From the NCBI RefSeq assembly GCF_001457615.1, contig NZ_LN831024.1:5160001-5192000 (forward strand): a DNA stretch of 32,000 nucleotides, given 5' to 3'. A program made the position numbers and the translations under genes. The notes below the pieces were generated by a model, which was not told the origin of the DNA, ran no database searches, and was given only the letters and a program-made list of their open reading frames with translations. Source of the stretch: Pseudomonas aeruginosa (GTDB lineage: Bacteria > Pseudomonadota > Gammaproteobacteria > Pseudomonadales > Pseudomonadaceae). Position 1 is the stretch's first letter, and each line of letters opens with the position of its first letter. Positions 1 to 9,417 of the stretch are shown piece after piece.

Positions 1-377
1 ATGAAGATGCGCAACAGGTGGATCGAAGAGATCGCCACGATGGAGGCGGCCACCTTGTTCTTCAGCGAGCCGGAATCCATCTTGCCCAACCAGCTGAGCT
101 TTTCCTTGCCTTCGTCGATGTCCAGTTGCGAAACGAAGTTCTCGTAGCCGGAGATCATCACCATGACCAACAGGCCGCCAACCAGAGCCATGTCGATCAG
201 TGAGAGCAGGACCAGGATCAGGTCGGCCTCGGCCATCGCGAAGATGTTCGGGATGACGTGGAATATTTCCTGGAAGAACTTGATGGTCAACGCCAGCAGC
301 GCCAGCGACAGGCCCATGTAGATGGGAGCCAGCAGCCAGCGCGAGGCGTACATGGCGTTTTCGAAAAAGCGTTCCAT
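1..377 (-). CDS. UPF0114 family (YqhA-like) inner membrane protein, C-terminus cut by window edge
   Basis: Manual reverse-strand translation from ATG at 377: [125 protein letters not shown]; family recognised from sequence. Open through position 1. Confidence 0.9.
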
Positions 378-550
378 GGTCTCTTGAGTGTATGTGCAGG
401 GGAAAATGGGGCGGCGAGTATAACGCAGCGGCCGGCGGTTTTTATCCAGAAAATCTGTGGATAAATATGTGCACCGAGCCGGGATGGATCCCGCCAGCGA
501 TGATGGCACGGGGCCTCGGCCGGATTGCTCAGGCTTTGCCCAGGCGCCGC

Positions 551-892
551 TCAGGATTCCGGGCGAAACAGGTAGTCGCCGACATGCGGCCGTCGTTCGC
601 CATTGAGTCGGCGCAGTTCGCCCTGCAGGTGCAAGCGCCAGATCGGCGGGTCGACGGCTTCGATATAGCCTTGCTGGGCCAGGCAGTCGGCAATCGCCTG
701 CAACACCCCTTCGGCCACCAGCGGTCCGTGGAAGGGGCCCTGGGCCTTGATCGCCGAAGGCTGGGAGCCGGACATGCCGGCGGCGCAAAGCAGGGTCCAG
801 AGTCCGTTCTCTCCGGCCAGCGGCCTGACCACGCATTCGATTCGCGTGGTCAGCCCCAGACAAGGGCGGATGAGGCAGAGGTTACGCGGCAT
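551..892 (-). CDS. small conserved hypothetical protein
   Basis: 113 aa ORF between the UPF0114 gene and the protease, same strand as both; composition plausible but no recognised domain. Confidence 0.6.
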
Positions 893-988
893 GGCGGCAT
901 CCTCACGGGGGTTCCCAGTTTTGAGCCTACACCTGCCGCCAGGTTCCGCATAGCGCCGGCGGGAACTTGTCCACAGGGCTGAAACGCA

Positions 989-1018
989 CGAGGGCGGGGC
1001 TTTCCAGCCCCGCCCTCG
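989..1018 (-). terminator. perfect 13-bp GC-rich inverted repeat, 3'-end hairpin of the protease gene
   Basis: CGAGGGCGGGGCT-TTCC-AGCCCCGCCCTCG, 25 nt downstream of the stop at 1043; only a short T tract follows. Confidence 0.7.
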
Positions 1019-1042
1019 ACAGGTTCCGACAGCGCGCCAGGC

Positions 1043-3496
1043 TCAGTCCTTCTTCGCCGCGGCCTTGTCCTTCGCCACGACGGTCTCTTTCTCCGCCGGT
1101 TTGTCCTTTTCCTTGTCGTCCTCTTCCATGCCGAGTTCGGATATCTCCTGCAAGCGCGCCACGACCAGATCGTTCACGCTGCCTTTCGGGAAGCGTCCCT
1201 TCTCGTCCTGGGCACCGACCGGCTTGCCCACCAGCAGCGCCAGCGCCTCGTCCACCTCGCGCACCGCGTAGACGTGGAACTGCCCGGCGCGCACCGCCTG
1301 CAACACGCGCTCGTCGAGCATCAGGGTAGTGACGTTGGCGCGCGGGATGATCACACCCTGCTCGCCGGTCAGGCCGCGCGCTTCGCAGAGGCGGAAGAAG
1401 CCCTCGATCTTCTCGTTGACGCCGCCGACCGCCTGCACCTCGCCGAACTGGTTGATCGAGCCGGTAATGGCGAAGCACTGCTTCAAGGGCGTCCGCGACA
1501 GCGCCGAGATCAGCGTGCAGACCTCGCCCAGCGAGGCGCTGTCGCCGTCCACGTAGCCGTAGGATTGTTCCAGGGCGATGCTGGCGGAGATTTCCAGGGG
1601 GAACTCCTGGGCGTAGCGGCTACCCAGGTAGCCGGTAAGGATCATCACGCCCTTGGAGTGGATCGGCTGGCCGAGGTTGACTTCGCGCTCGATATCGACG
1701 ATGCCGCTGCTGCCCGGATAGACGGTCGCGGAAATCCGCGCCGGCACGCCGAACACCGAGTCGCCCACCTCCAGCACGGTCAGTCCGTTGCACTTGCCGA
1801 CCGCGGCGCCAGCGGTGTCGATCAGGATGATCCCCGCCAGCATGTCGTCGAGGATCCGCGCCGACACCCGTCCGGTGCGGGTCTGCTTGGCCTTGAGGGC
1901 ACGCTCGATGTGGCCGAGCTGGATCACCTCCTCGTTCGCCAGCTGACGGATGAAATCGGCTTCGCTGACCAACTGGAACAGATCGCCGATCCGTGCCGAA
2001 AGCCGCCCCTGGTGCTCGGCCAGGCGCGCGCTGTAGGTCGCCAGTCGCGCCACCGCCGCGCCGCTGAGGGGCGCCATGCCCTCTTCCGAGGTGCGCGTCT
2101 TGAGCAACTGTGCGAACTGTTCGAGGCTGTCCTCGCCCAGCGGGATGTCCTCGTCGAAGTCCACCAGCACCCGGAACATCTCCTGGAAGTCCGGATCGAG
2201 GTCCTGCAGGGTGTAGTAGATCTGCCGCGAGCCGATGATGATCACCTTCAGTTGCAGCGGGATCACCTGGGGGGTCAGGGAAACCGCAGCCAGGCGGCCG
2301 AGTTCGGCCAGCGGCGACTCCATCTTCAACTGGCGCGACTGCAGGGCACGCTTGAGCGCGTCCCAGACGAACGGCTCGCCAAGCATCTTTTCCGCTTCCA
2401 GGATCAGGAAGCCGCCGTTGGCCCGGTGCAGCGCCCCCGGACGCAACTGCCGGTAGCTGGTGTAGAGCGCCCCCTGGTCCGAGCTGTACTCGATGCGGCC
2501 GAACAGGTTGTCGTAGGTCGGGTGCGACTCGAACACCACCGGCGCGCCGCTGGTCGCGTGGTGGACGATGGCCTGGTTCGGCGCGTACTGCTCGATCAGC
2601 CCTTGCTTGCGCTGGGCGTCGGTGCGGCTGTCGTCGACCAGTTGGTCGACCACGGTCTTCAGCAGGTTCAGTTGCATCGCCTGCAGGTAGGCGCAGACGC
2701 CCGGGTTGTTGTTGTACTTCTCCACCAGAGGCGCCAGCAGGGGCTGCAGGGCCAGGGTGATGGTTTCCTCGTTGAGCTCGCGCAACTGGTTGCTCGACTC
2801 GCGCTTCCACTGCGGCAGGCTCGCCAGTTCCTCGTTGAGGTACTCCTCGAGGGCGGCGATATCCTTGTGGAAACGCTCGCGCTCGGCTTCGGGCAACTGG
2901 GCGAATTCGGCCTCGTCGAGGGCCTTGCCGTCCTTCATCGGGGTGAAGGCGACGTTGGCGCTGTCGCGGTACAGCGCCACGTCCTTCTCCAGGGCGCGCC
3001 GCTCCACCGAGTCCAGGGCGCGGTCGTAGCGCTGGTTGAAAGCGCGGTCGACGGCGTTCTTCTTCTGCTGGTAGGCCGGATGCTCGAAGACCGCCGGGAA
3101 GGTCGACATCAGGTTGTCGATCAGACGGTCGATGTCGGCGCTGAATTCGGTCGCGCTGCCCGGCGGCAGCTCGATCACCCGAGGTTCGCGCGGCTCGTCG
3201 AAATTGTTCAGGTAGACCCAGTCGGAGGGCGTGGCGACGCGCTTGCCCTCGGCTTGCAGATAGCGTTTGACGAAGGAGAAGCGTCCGGTGCCCGGCTCGC
3301 CCATGACGAATACGTTGTAACCCGGACGCGGCATCGCCACACCGAACTGCAGCGCCTCGACCGCACGCTCCTGGCCCAGCACGCCGCGGAAGGGCTCCAG
3401 GTCATCGGTGGTGTCGAAGGCGAATTGCTCGGGAGCGAACGGGCGGGTCAGTTCTTCTGGCGCCAGGCGCAGGCCGGCAGCGACGGAATCGGGCAT
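1043..3496 (-). CDS. Lon-like (S16, AAA_32-type) ATP-dependent protease
   Basis: Protein contains GDSASLGEVCTLISALSRTPLKQ and GGVNEKIEGFFRLCEARGLTGEQGVIIP (Lon Ser/Lys catalytic regions). Start MPDSVAAGLRL at 3496 preferred; upstream in-frame ATG at 3511 possible. Confidence 0.92.
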   Translation of the reverse strand: MPDSVAAGLRLAPEELTRPFAPEQFAFDTTDDLEPFRGVLGQERAVEALQFGVAMPRPGYNVFVMGEPGTGRFSFVKRYLQAEGKRVATPSDWVYLNNFDEPREPRVIELPPGSATEFSADIDRLIDNLMSTFPAVFEHPAYQQKKNAVDRAFNQRYDRALDSVERRALEKDVALYRDSANVAFTPMKDGKALDEAEFAQLPEAERERFHKDIAALEEYLNEELASLPQWKRESSNQLRELNEETITLALQPLLAPLVEKYNNNPGVCAYLQAMQLNLLKTVVDQLVDDSRTDAQRKQGLIEQYAPNQAIVHHATSGAPVVFESHPTYDNLFGRIEYSSDQGALYTSYRQLRPGALHRANGGFLILEAEKMLGEPFVWDALKRALQSRQLKMESPLAELGRLAAVSLTPQVIPLQLKVIIIGSRQIYYTLQDLDPDFQEMFRVLVDFDEDIPLGEDSLEQFAQLLKTRTSEEGMAPLSGAAVARLATYSARLAEHQGRLSARIGDLFQLVSEADFIRQLANEEVIQLGHIERALKAKQTRTGRVSARILDDMLAGIILIDTAGAAVGKCNGLTVLEVGDSVFGVPARISATVYPGSSGIVDIEREVNLGQPIHSKGVMILTGYLGSRYAQEFPLEISASIALEQSYGYVDGDSASLGEVCTLISALSRTPLKQCFAITGSINQFGEVQAVGGVNEKIEGFFRLCEARGLTGEQGVIIPRANVTTLMLDERVLQAVRAGQFHVYAVREVDEALALLVGKPVGAQDEKGRFPKGSVNDLVVARLQEISELGMEEDDKEKDKPAEKETVVAKDKAAAKKD

Positions 3497-3594
3497 CGGG
3501 AATCCTTGCATCGGGCGGCAGATCGCCGCGGGGTGTCGTCGCCCGCATTCTCCCCCCAGCCTCGCGCCACTGACAAGGCGCGGATGGCGCTATC

Positions 3595-3921
3595 TCACCG
3601 ATGTACCAGGTCGGCGCAGCGCAGGCAGTATTCCGCCGCAGGCAGGGCGGCCAGGCGCGCCGGTTCGATAGCCTCGCCACAGCGCTCGCACTGGCCGTAG
3701 CGACCTTCCGCCAGGCGCAGGCGGGCCAGGCCGACCTGGCGCATCCCCGCCTCCGCCTCGGCGAGCAGGCCTTCGAGCACTTCGTCGTTCTGGCGCTGCA
3801 CCGCCTGCTCGGCAAAGTCCGGCGAATGGCTGCGCGCCAGGTCCCGGCGGATCGCCGCGGCGCGTGCCGCGTACTCGGTCGCCAGGGTTTCCAGGGCGGT
3901 AGCGGGGTCGAAAGCGCTCAT
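3595..3921 (-). CDS. DksA/TraR-family C4 zinc-finger protein
   Basis: MSAFDPATALETLATEYAARAAAIRRDL...YGQCERCGEAIEPARLAALPAAEYCLRCADLVHR; CxxC-x17-CxxC near C-terminus; start at 3921 chosen over 4005. Confidence 0.85.
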   Translation of the reverse strand: MSAFDPATALETLATEYAARAAAIRRDLARSHSPDFAEQAVQRQNDEVLEGLLAEAEAGMRQVGLARLRLAEGRYGQCERCGEAIEPARLAALPAAEYCLRCADLVHR

Positions 3922-4155
3922 ATCCACCTCCTGCATGAGGAACGGCTGACCAAGGCCGGTTTCGCTCAGACCGACCAGAACTTTCCCAAGTCTGGACGGT
4001 TCCAAGCGGATTGCCGCTGACGCCGGTCAATTTTCGCCCGGCATTGCGCGCTGCCACCCATTCGGTGCCTTGACACCCCGGTGGCATTCCGAAAAGCTCA
4101 CGGCGTCGCTGGCCCGCTCCAGATGGCTCCGATCCACCTCAAGAGAGAACAAACG

Positions 4156-4644
4156 ATGAAACGGATTCTGCTCGGTACCCTGTTCGCCGCCGCCTCCTTC
4201 AACGCTTTCGCCGACGCTCCCGGTGGCGCCGGCTGCGGCTGGGGCAACATGCTCTTCAAAGGCCAGCGCGGCGTGGCCACCCACGTGGTCGCGGCGACCA
4301 CCAACGGCACTTCCGGCAACAACACCTTCGGCATGACCACCGGCACCAACGGCTGCCATACCAACGGCGCGCTGTCCTATGGCGGCAAGCCCCTGCTGGT
4401 GCTCGGCAGCATGATGGACGAGCTGTCCGAAGACATGGCCAAGGGCAATGGCGAAGCGCTGACCACCTATGCCGTGGTGCTGGGCGTGCAACCGCAGGAC
4501 CGCGAGCACTTCGCCGCCGTCACCCATGAGCATTTCTCCGAGATCTTCAACAAGTCCGACGCCACCGCCGCCGACGTCTATGCCAACACCCAGGCGATCC
4601 TGAAACAGGACGCCCGCCTGGCCAAGTACGCCGAGCAGGCCTGA
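4156..4644 (+). CDS. DUF3015-like secreted protein
   Basis: Signal peptide MKRILLGTLFAAASFNAFADAPGGAGCGWGNMLFKGQRG; start at 4156 chosen over the upstream ATG at 4081. Confidence 0.85.
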   Translation: MKRILLGTLFAAASFNAFADAPGGAGCGWGNMLFKGQRGVATHVVAATTNGTSGNNTFGMTTGTNGCHTNGALSYGGKPLLVLGSMMDELSEDMAKGNGEALTTYAVVLGVQPQDREHFAAVTHEHFSEIFNKSDATAADVYANTQAILKQDARLAKYAEQA

Positions 4645-4652
4645 GCCTCGCC

Positions 4653-4674
4653 GCCTGCCCGTTCGCGGGCAGGC
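4653..4674 (+). terminator. hairpin terminator after the DUF3015 gene
   Basis: GCCTGCCCG-TTCG-CGGGCAGGC followed by CCCTTT, 8 nt after the stop codon. Confidence 0.75.
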
Positions 4675-4702
4675 CCCTTTCCCCAAGCATTAAGCCTTGC
4701 CG

Positions 4703-6559
4703 ATGCCGAAACGCCTGTTGCCCTGGATGGCGCTGTGCGCCTGCTCCCCCCTTCTGGCTTCGCCCACGGTTCCCGAGGCCCGCCTCCAGCAACTGGCCGC
4801 CGATCCCTACTGGATCGCCCTCGGCCACTACGAACGCGGCAAGCTCGGCGGTTGGCGCAGCTACGTCGACGACGAGCGGTTCTTCCTCGCCGACAACGGC
4901 GAGAGCCACCCGGACGCCGAACTGGCGGCCACGCTAAAGGCGCTCTATGCCTCGCCCAGCCTTGGCGACAAGCATGCCCAGTGCGTCTACCCGGCGCGCA
5001 CCCGCTGGCTGCGCCAGCAACTGCAACTCGACGACCTGCCGCAGCCGCAGTGCGGCGAATACGACAACTGGTACCGCGACATCAACCCGCACAGCGCGGT
5101 GCTGGTGTTCCCCGCGGCCTACCTGAACAGCCCGTCGTCGATGTTCGGCCACACCCTGCTGCGCATCGACCAGGCCGACGTCACCAGCAACAACACCGCC
5201 CTGCTCAGCTACGCGCTGAACTTCGGCGCCTACATCGAAGGCATGGACAACAGCATCCTCTATGCCTGGAAAGGCCTGATGGGCGGCTATCCCGGCCTGT
5301 TCGCGCTGGTCCCGTACCGGGAGAAGCTGGCCGAGTACAGCCGCCTGGAGAACCGCGACCTCTGGGAATACAAGCTGAACCTCACGCCCGAGGAGACCGG
5401 GCGCATGGTCGAACACGTCTGGGAACTCAAGCAGGTCCGCTTCGACTACTACTTCTTCGACGAGAACTGTTCGTTCCGCCTGCTCGAACTGATGGAGATC
5501 GCCCGCCCGGGCATCGAGCTGACCGAGCAGTTCCCGCTTACCGCGATCCCCACCGACACCGTCCGCGCGGTGAAGAACGCCGGGCTGATCGAGCGCATCG
5601 ACTACCGGCCGTCGCGCGAGAAGGAACTGCTCGCCCGCGCCGAACCGCTCGACCATGCCGAGCGCGACTGGGCCAAGCGCCTGGCGGACGACGACAGCCT
5701 GCTCGACGCTCCCGACTTCAAGGCCCTGCCGATGCCGCGCCAGGCGCTGATCCAGGACGCCGCCTTCCGCCTGGTGCGCTACCGCGCCACCGGTCAGGCG
5801 CGTGACAGCGGCATCGCCTCGCGCAGCTACAACCTGTTGCGAGCGATCAACCGCAACCCGCCGCCGGACCTCCAGGTCGAGCGCCCCGGCCAGCCGGAGG
5901 ACGGCCACGAGTCACGGACCTGGCAGTTCGGCGTCGGCAGCCGCGATGACCGCGCCTTCGCCGAATACGGCCTGCGCATGGCCTACCATGACCTCGCCGA
6001 TAACGCCTATGGCTTCCCCCTCGGCGCGCAGATCGAGATCGGCCAGCTCAAGCTGCGCCAGTACGAAGGCAACCGCTGGCAGTTGCAGAATCTCGACCTG
6101 GTCACCATCCGCTCGCTGACCCCGCGCAACCAGTTGCTCAAGCCGCTGTCCTGGCAGGTCGCCGGCGGCCTGGAGCGGGTGCCGGGCGAGGACGGCGACG
6201 AAAACCTGGTCAGCCACCTCAACGGCGGCGCCGGCGGCAGCTGGATGTTCGGCGACGACTTGCTGCTCTACGCCATGGGCACCGCGCGGATCGAGAACAA
6301 CAGGGACTTCGCCGCCGCCATCGCCCCGGCGGTGGGCTTCGACAGCGGCCTGCTGTGGCGCAACCCGCTGGGCAACCTGACCCTGGAGGCCAAGGGCGAC
6401 TACTTCCACAACGGTGAAGTGCGCCGCAGCCTGGGCTTCGTCCAGCAGGTGGAGCTGGGCCGCGACCTCGGCCTGCGCCTGAGCGCCGAACGCGAGTTCA
6501 GCCATGTCGGCAAGCCGATCAACGAGGTGAAGCTGGAGCTGCGCTGGTACTACTACTGA
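4703..6559 (+). CDS. DUF4105-domain exported protein with outer-membrane-like C-terminal region
   Basis: Signal peptide MPKRLLPWMALCACSPLLASPTVPEARLQ; YPARTRWL, SSMFGHTLLRID and DENCSFRLLELMEIARPG motifs; C-terminal beta-rich segment ending WYYY. Exact start among nearby codons (TTG 4697, ATG 4703) uncertain. Confidence 0.85.
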   Translation: MPKRLLPWMALCACSPLLASPTVPEARLQQLAADPYWIALGHYERGKLGGWRSYVDDERFFLADNGESHPDAELAATLKALYASPSLGDKHAQCVYPARTRWLRQQLQLDDLPQPQCGEYDNWYRDINPHSAVLVFPAAYLNSPSSMFGHTLLRIDQADVTSNNTALLSYALNFGAYIEGMDNSILYAWKGLMGGYPGLFALVPYREKLAEYSRLENRDLWEYKLNLTPEETGRMVEHVWELKQVRFDYYFFDENCSFRLLELMEIARPGIELTEQFPLTAIPTDTVRAVKNAGLIERIDYRPSREKELLARAEPLDHAERDWAKRLADDDSLLDAPDFKALPMPRQALIQDAAFRLVRYRATGQARDSGIASRSYNLLRAINRNPPPDLQVERPGQPEDGHESRTWQFGVGSRDDRAFAEYGLRMAYHDLADNAYGFPLGAQIEIGQLKLRQYEGNRWQLQNLDLVTIRSLTPRNQLLKPLSWQVAGGLERVPGEDGDENLVSHLNGGAGGSWMFGDDLLLYAMGTARIENNRDFAAAIAPAVGFDSGLLWRNPLGNLTLEAKGDYFHNGEVRRSLGFVQQVELGRDLGLRLSAEREFSHVGKPINEVKLELRWYYY

Positions 6560-7107
6560 GCCAGCCTCCGACGCACCTCCATCAGGGCGAAGCCGAGCAG
6601 GTTGAGGCCTTGCCAGGTCGCCGGCTCGGCTGCCAGGGGATCGCTCGCGGCCAGGCCGATGCCCCAGATCGCGTCCACCGGGCTGGCCTCGACCAGCACC
6701 CGGTCGGCGGTGCCCAGAAGGTATTTCTTCAGCGAAGCGTTCTGGCCGAACTTGCCGAGGTTGCCTTCGATCACGATTCCCACCCGCTCGGCGTTCCAGC
6801 GTGCCTCGTCGAAGCCGGCGACTTCGCGGCCGAGGGCCTTCGCCTCGCCTGGGCTGCGCGCCGCCAGGATGCGCTCGAGCAACCTAGGGTCGTCGAACAA
6901 GCGTGCCTTGGCCGCCATCATGTAATGCTCGGCGCTGGCGTAGCGCACCCCGTCGAGCTTGAACGAAGCCTCGTACCACTGGCTGAAACAGCTCTTGCCG
7001 ACCTTGTCATCCGTCGCCGGGCGATGTCCCCAGAAATACAGGTATTTGAAGCTTTCGCCGGCCGCGCAGCGCTGGCGCAGCCGCTCGACGTCCATTATCT
7101 CGCTCAT
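6553..7107 (-). CDS. NADAR/YbiA-like family protein
   Basis: C-terminal ~185 aa of the 6553..8181 ORF: FWGHRPATDDKVGKSCFSQWYEASFKLDGVRYASAEHYMMAAKARLF...NLGKFGQNASLKKYLLGTADRVLVEASPVDAIWGIGLAASDP. Start uncertain among ATGs at 7113, 7107, 7095. Confidence 0.88.
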   Translation of the reverse strand: MSEIMDVERLRQRCAAGESFKYLYFWGHRPATDDKVGKSCFSQWYEASFKLDGVRYASAEHYMMAAKARLFDDPRLLERILAARSPGEAKALGREVAGFDEARWNAERVGIVIEGNLGKFGQNASLKKYLLGTADRVLVEASPVDAIWGIGLAASDPLAAEPATWQGLNLLGFALMEVRRRLAQ

Positions 7108-7162
7108 CGGCATTCGTCCCTGGAGCCCGTGAAAAGACGCCAAGGATATCCCGAAGTGGTGT

Positions 7163-8761
<1,599 letters not shown>

Positions 8762-8910
8762 TGCTTATCCTTCAAGATAAAGATCGATATGAAAATATAT
8801 AGAAATAGCCAGGCATCTCTCCATCGAATTCGCCGACGAAGCGCAATAAAAAATTTATTCACCTTTAAAATCAAACAGTTAAGCAAGAAACAGTCTCATC
8901 GATAAAAACC

Positions 8911-8926
8911 TGGCACGCCGCTCGCT
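8911..8926 (+). promoter_or_regulatory. sigma-54 (RpoN) -24/-12 promoter of the slipin-rtcB-rtcA operon
   Basis: TGGCACGCCGCTCGCT versus consensus TGGCACG-N4-TTGCW; GG at 8912-8913, GC at 8924-8925, exact 10-nt spacing; predicted start near 8937. Confidence 0.85.
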
Positions 8927-8949
8927 ATATCCATTTCGACCGCATCGCC

Positions 8950-9022
8950 CATGCAGGCCGACGGGTCGGGACTCCAGTCCCGCCGGTGCCCGAGCCCACC
9001 CCTGGTGTCGGCGTCGTGCATG
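8950..9022 (+). ncRNA. structured leader RNA domain closed by a long stem
   Basis: CATGCA (8950-8955)/TGCATG (9017-9022) and GCCGAC (8957-8962)/GTCGGC (9007-9012) enclose CGGGAC-TCCA-GTCCCG (8967-8982) and CACC-CCT-GGTG (8997-9007, sharing the terminal G with the enclosing stem). Confidence 0.5.
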
Positions 9023-9040
9023 CCGCCCGCAACCACGACG

Positions 9041-9056
9041 GTCATTCGCGAATGAC
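9041..9056 (+). ncRNA. short leader hairpin between the two structured RNA domains
   Basis: GTCATT-CGCG-AATGAC, 6 bp with tetraloop. Confidence 0.45.
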
Positions 9057-9072
9057 GGCAATGCCGCTTCGC

Positions 9073-9146
9073 GGTTCGATAGCTCAGCCTGGTAGAGCAA
9101 CCATCCACGAAATGGTCTGTCGCGGGTTCGACTCCCGCTCGAACGT
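9073..9146 (+). ncRNA. tRNA-like cloverleaf RNA embedded in the rtc operon leader (nominal anticodon ACG)
   Basis: Acceptor GGTTCGA/TCGAACG (6 of 7 pairs), T8 A9, D arm GCTC-AGCCTGGTA-GAGC, anticodon arm ACCAT-CCACGAA-ATGGT, variable CTGTC, T arm GCGGG-TTCGACT-CCCGC. No encoded CCA, G1-G72 mismatch, C33 in place of U33. Confidence 0.85.
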
Positions 9147-9417
9147 TGCCTTAACGGCAATCACTCAATGGCAACACCCGCCGGTGTGGCCGAGGCGAAC
9201 TGCGCAAGCGGCCAGGAAGGCCGGAGAACGCAAGGGAGCCGAAGCCGCCGCCGGCCCGTCCGGCCCGCGGTTCGGGCACGGGGCAAGGCAGGCCGGGGAT
9301 CGAGGGAATCGATCGTATGGACAGGACGTCCGCCAGGCCAACCTCCTCCGCGCTCCACCCACGACGCTCGACGGGCCGGCAACACCGGCACCACGGAAGA
9401 ATGAAAGGAATGAAGAG

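Noticed and set aside
1274-3700. 808-aa plus-strand ORF opposite the Lon-like protease
   Set aside because: High-GC antisense frame artefact; the opposite strand encodes a clear Lon-like protein.
9073-9146. Ordinary tRNA-Arg(ACG) gene
   Set aside because: The cloverleaf fits, but C33, the G1-G72 mismatch and the missing CCA, together with placement inside a sigma-54 operon leader, argue for a tRNA mimic. Kept as ncRNA; CCA absence alone would not be decisive because CCA can be added enzymatically.
8986-9417. N-terminal extension of the slipin ORF starting at 8986
   Set aside because: It would translate through the cloverleaf and GC-rich hairpins and has atypical composition; ATG at 9418 has an SD-like GAAAGGAA and gives a normal SPFH N-terminus.
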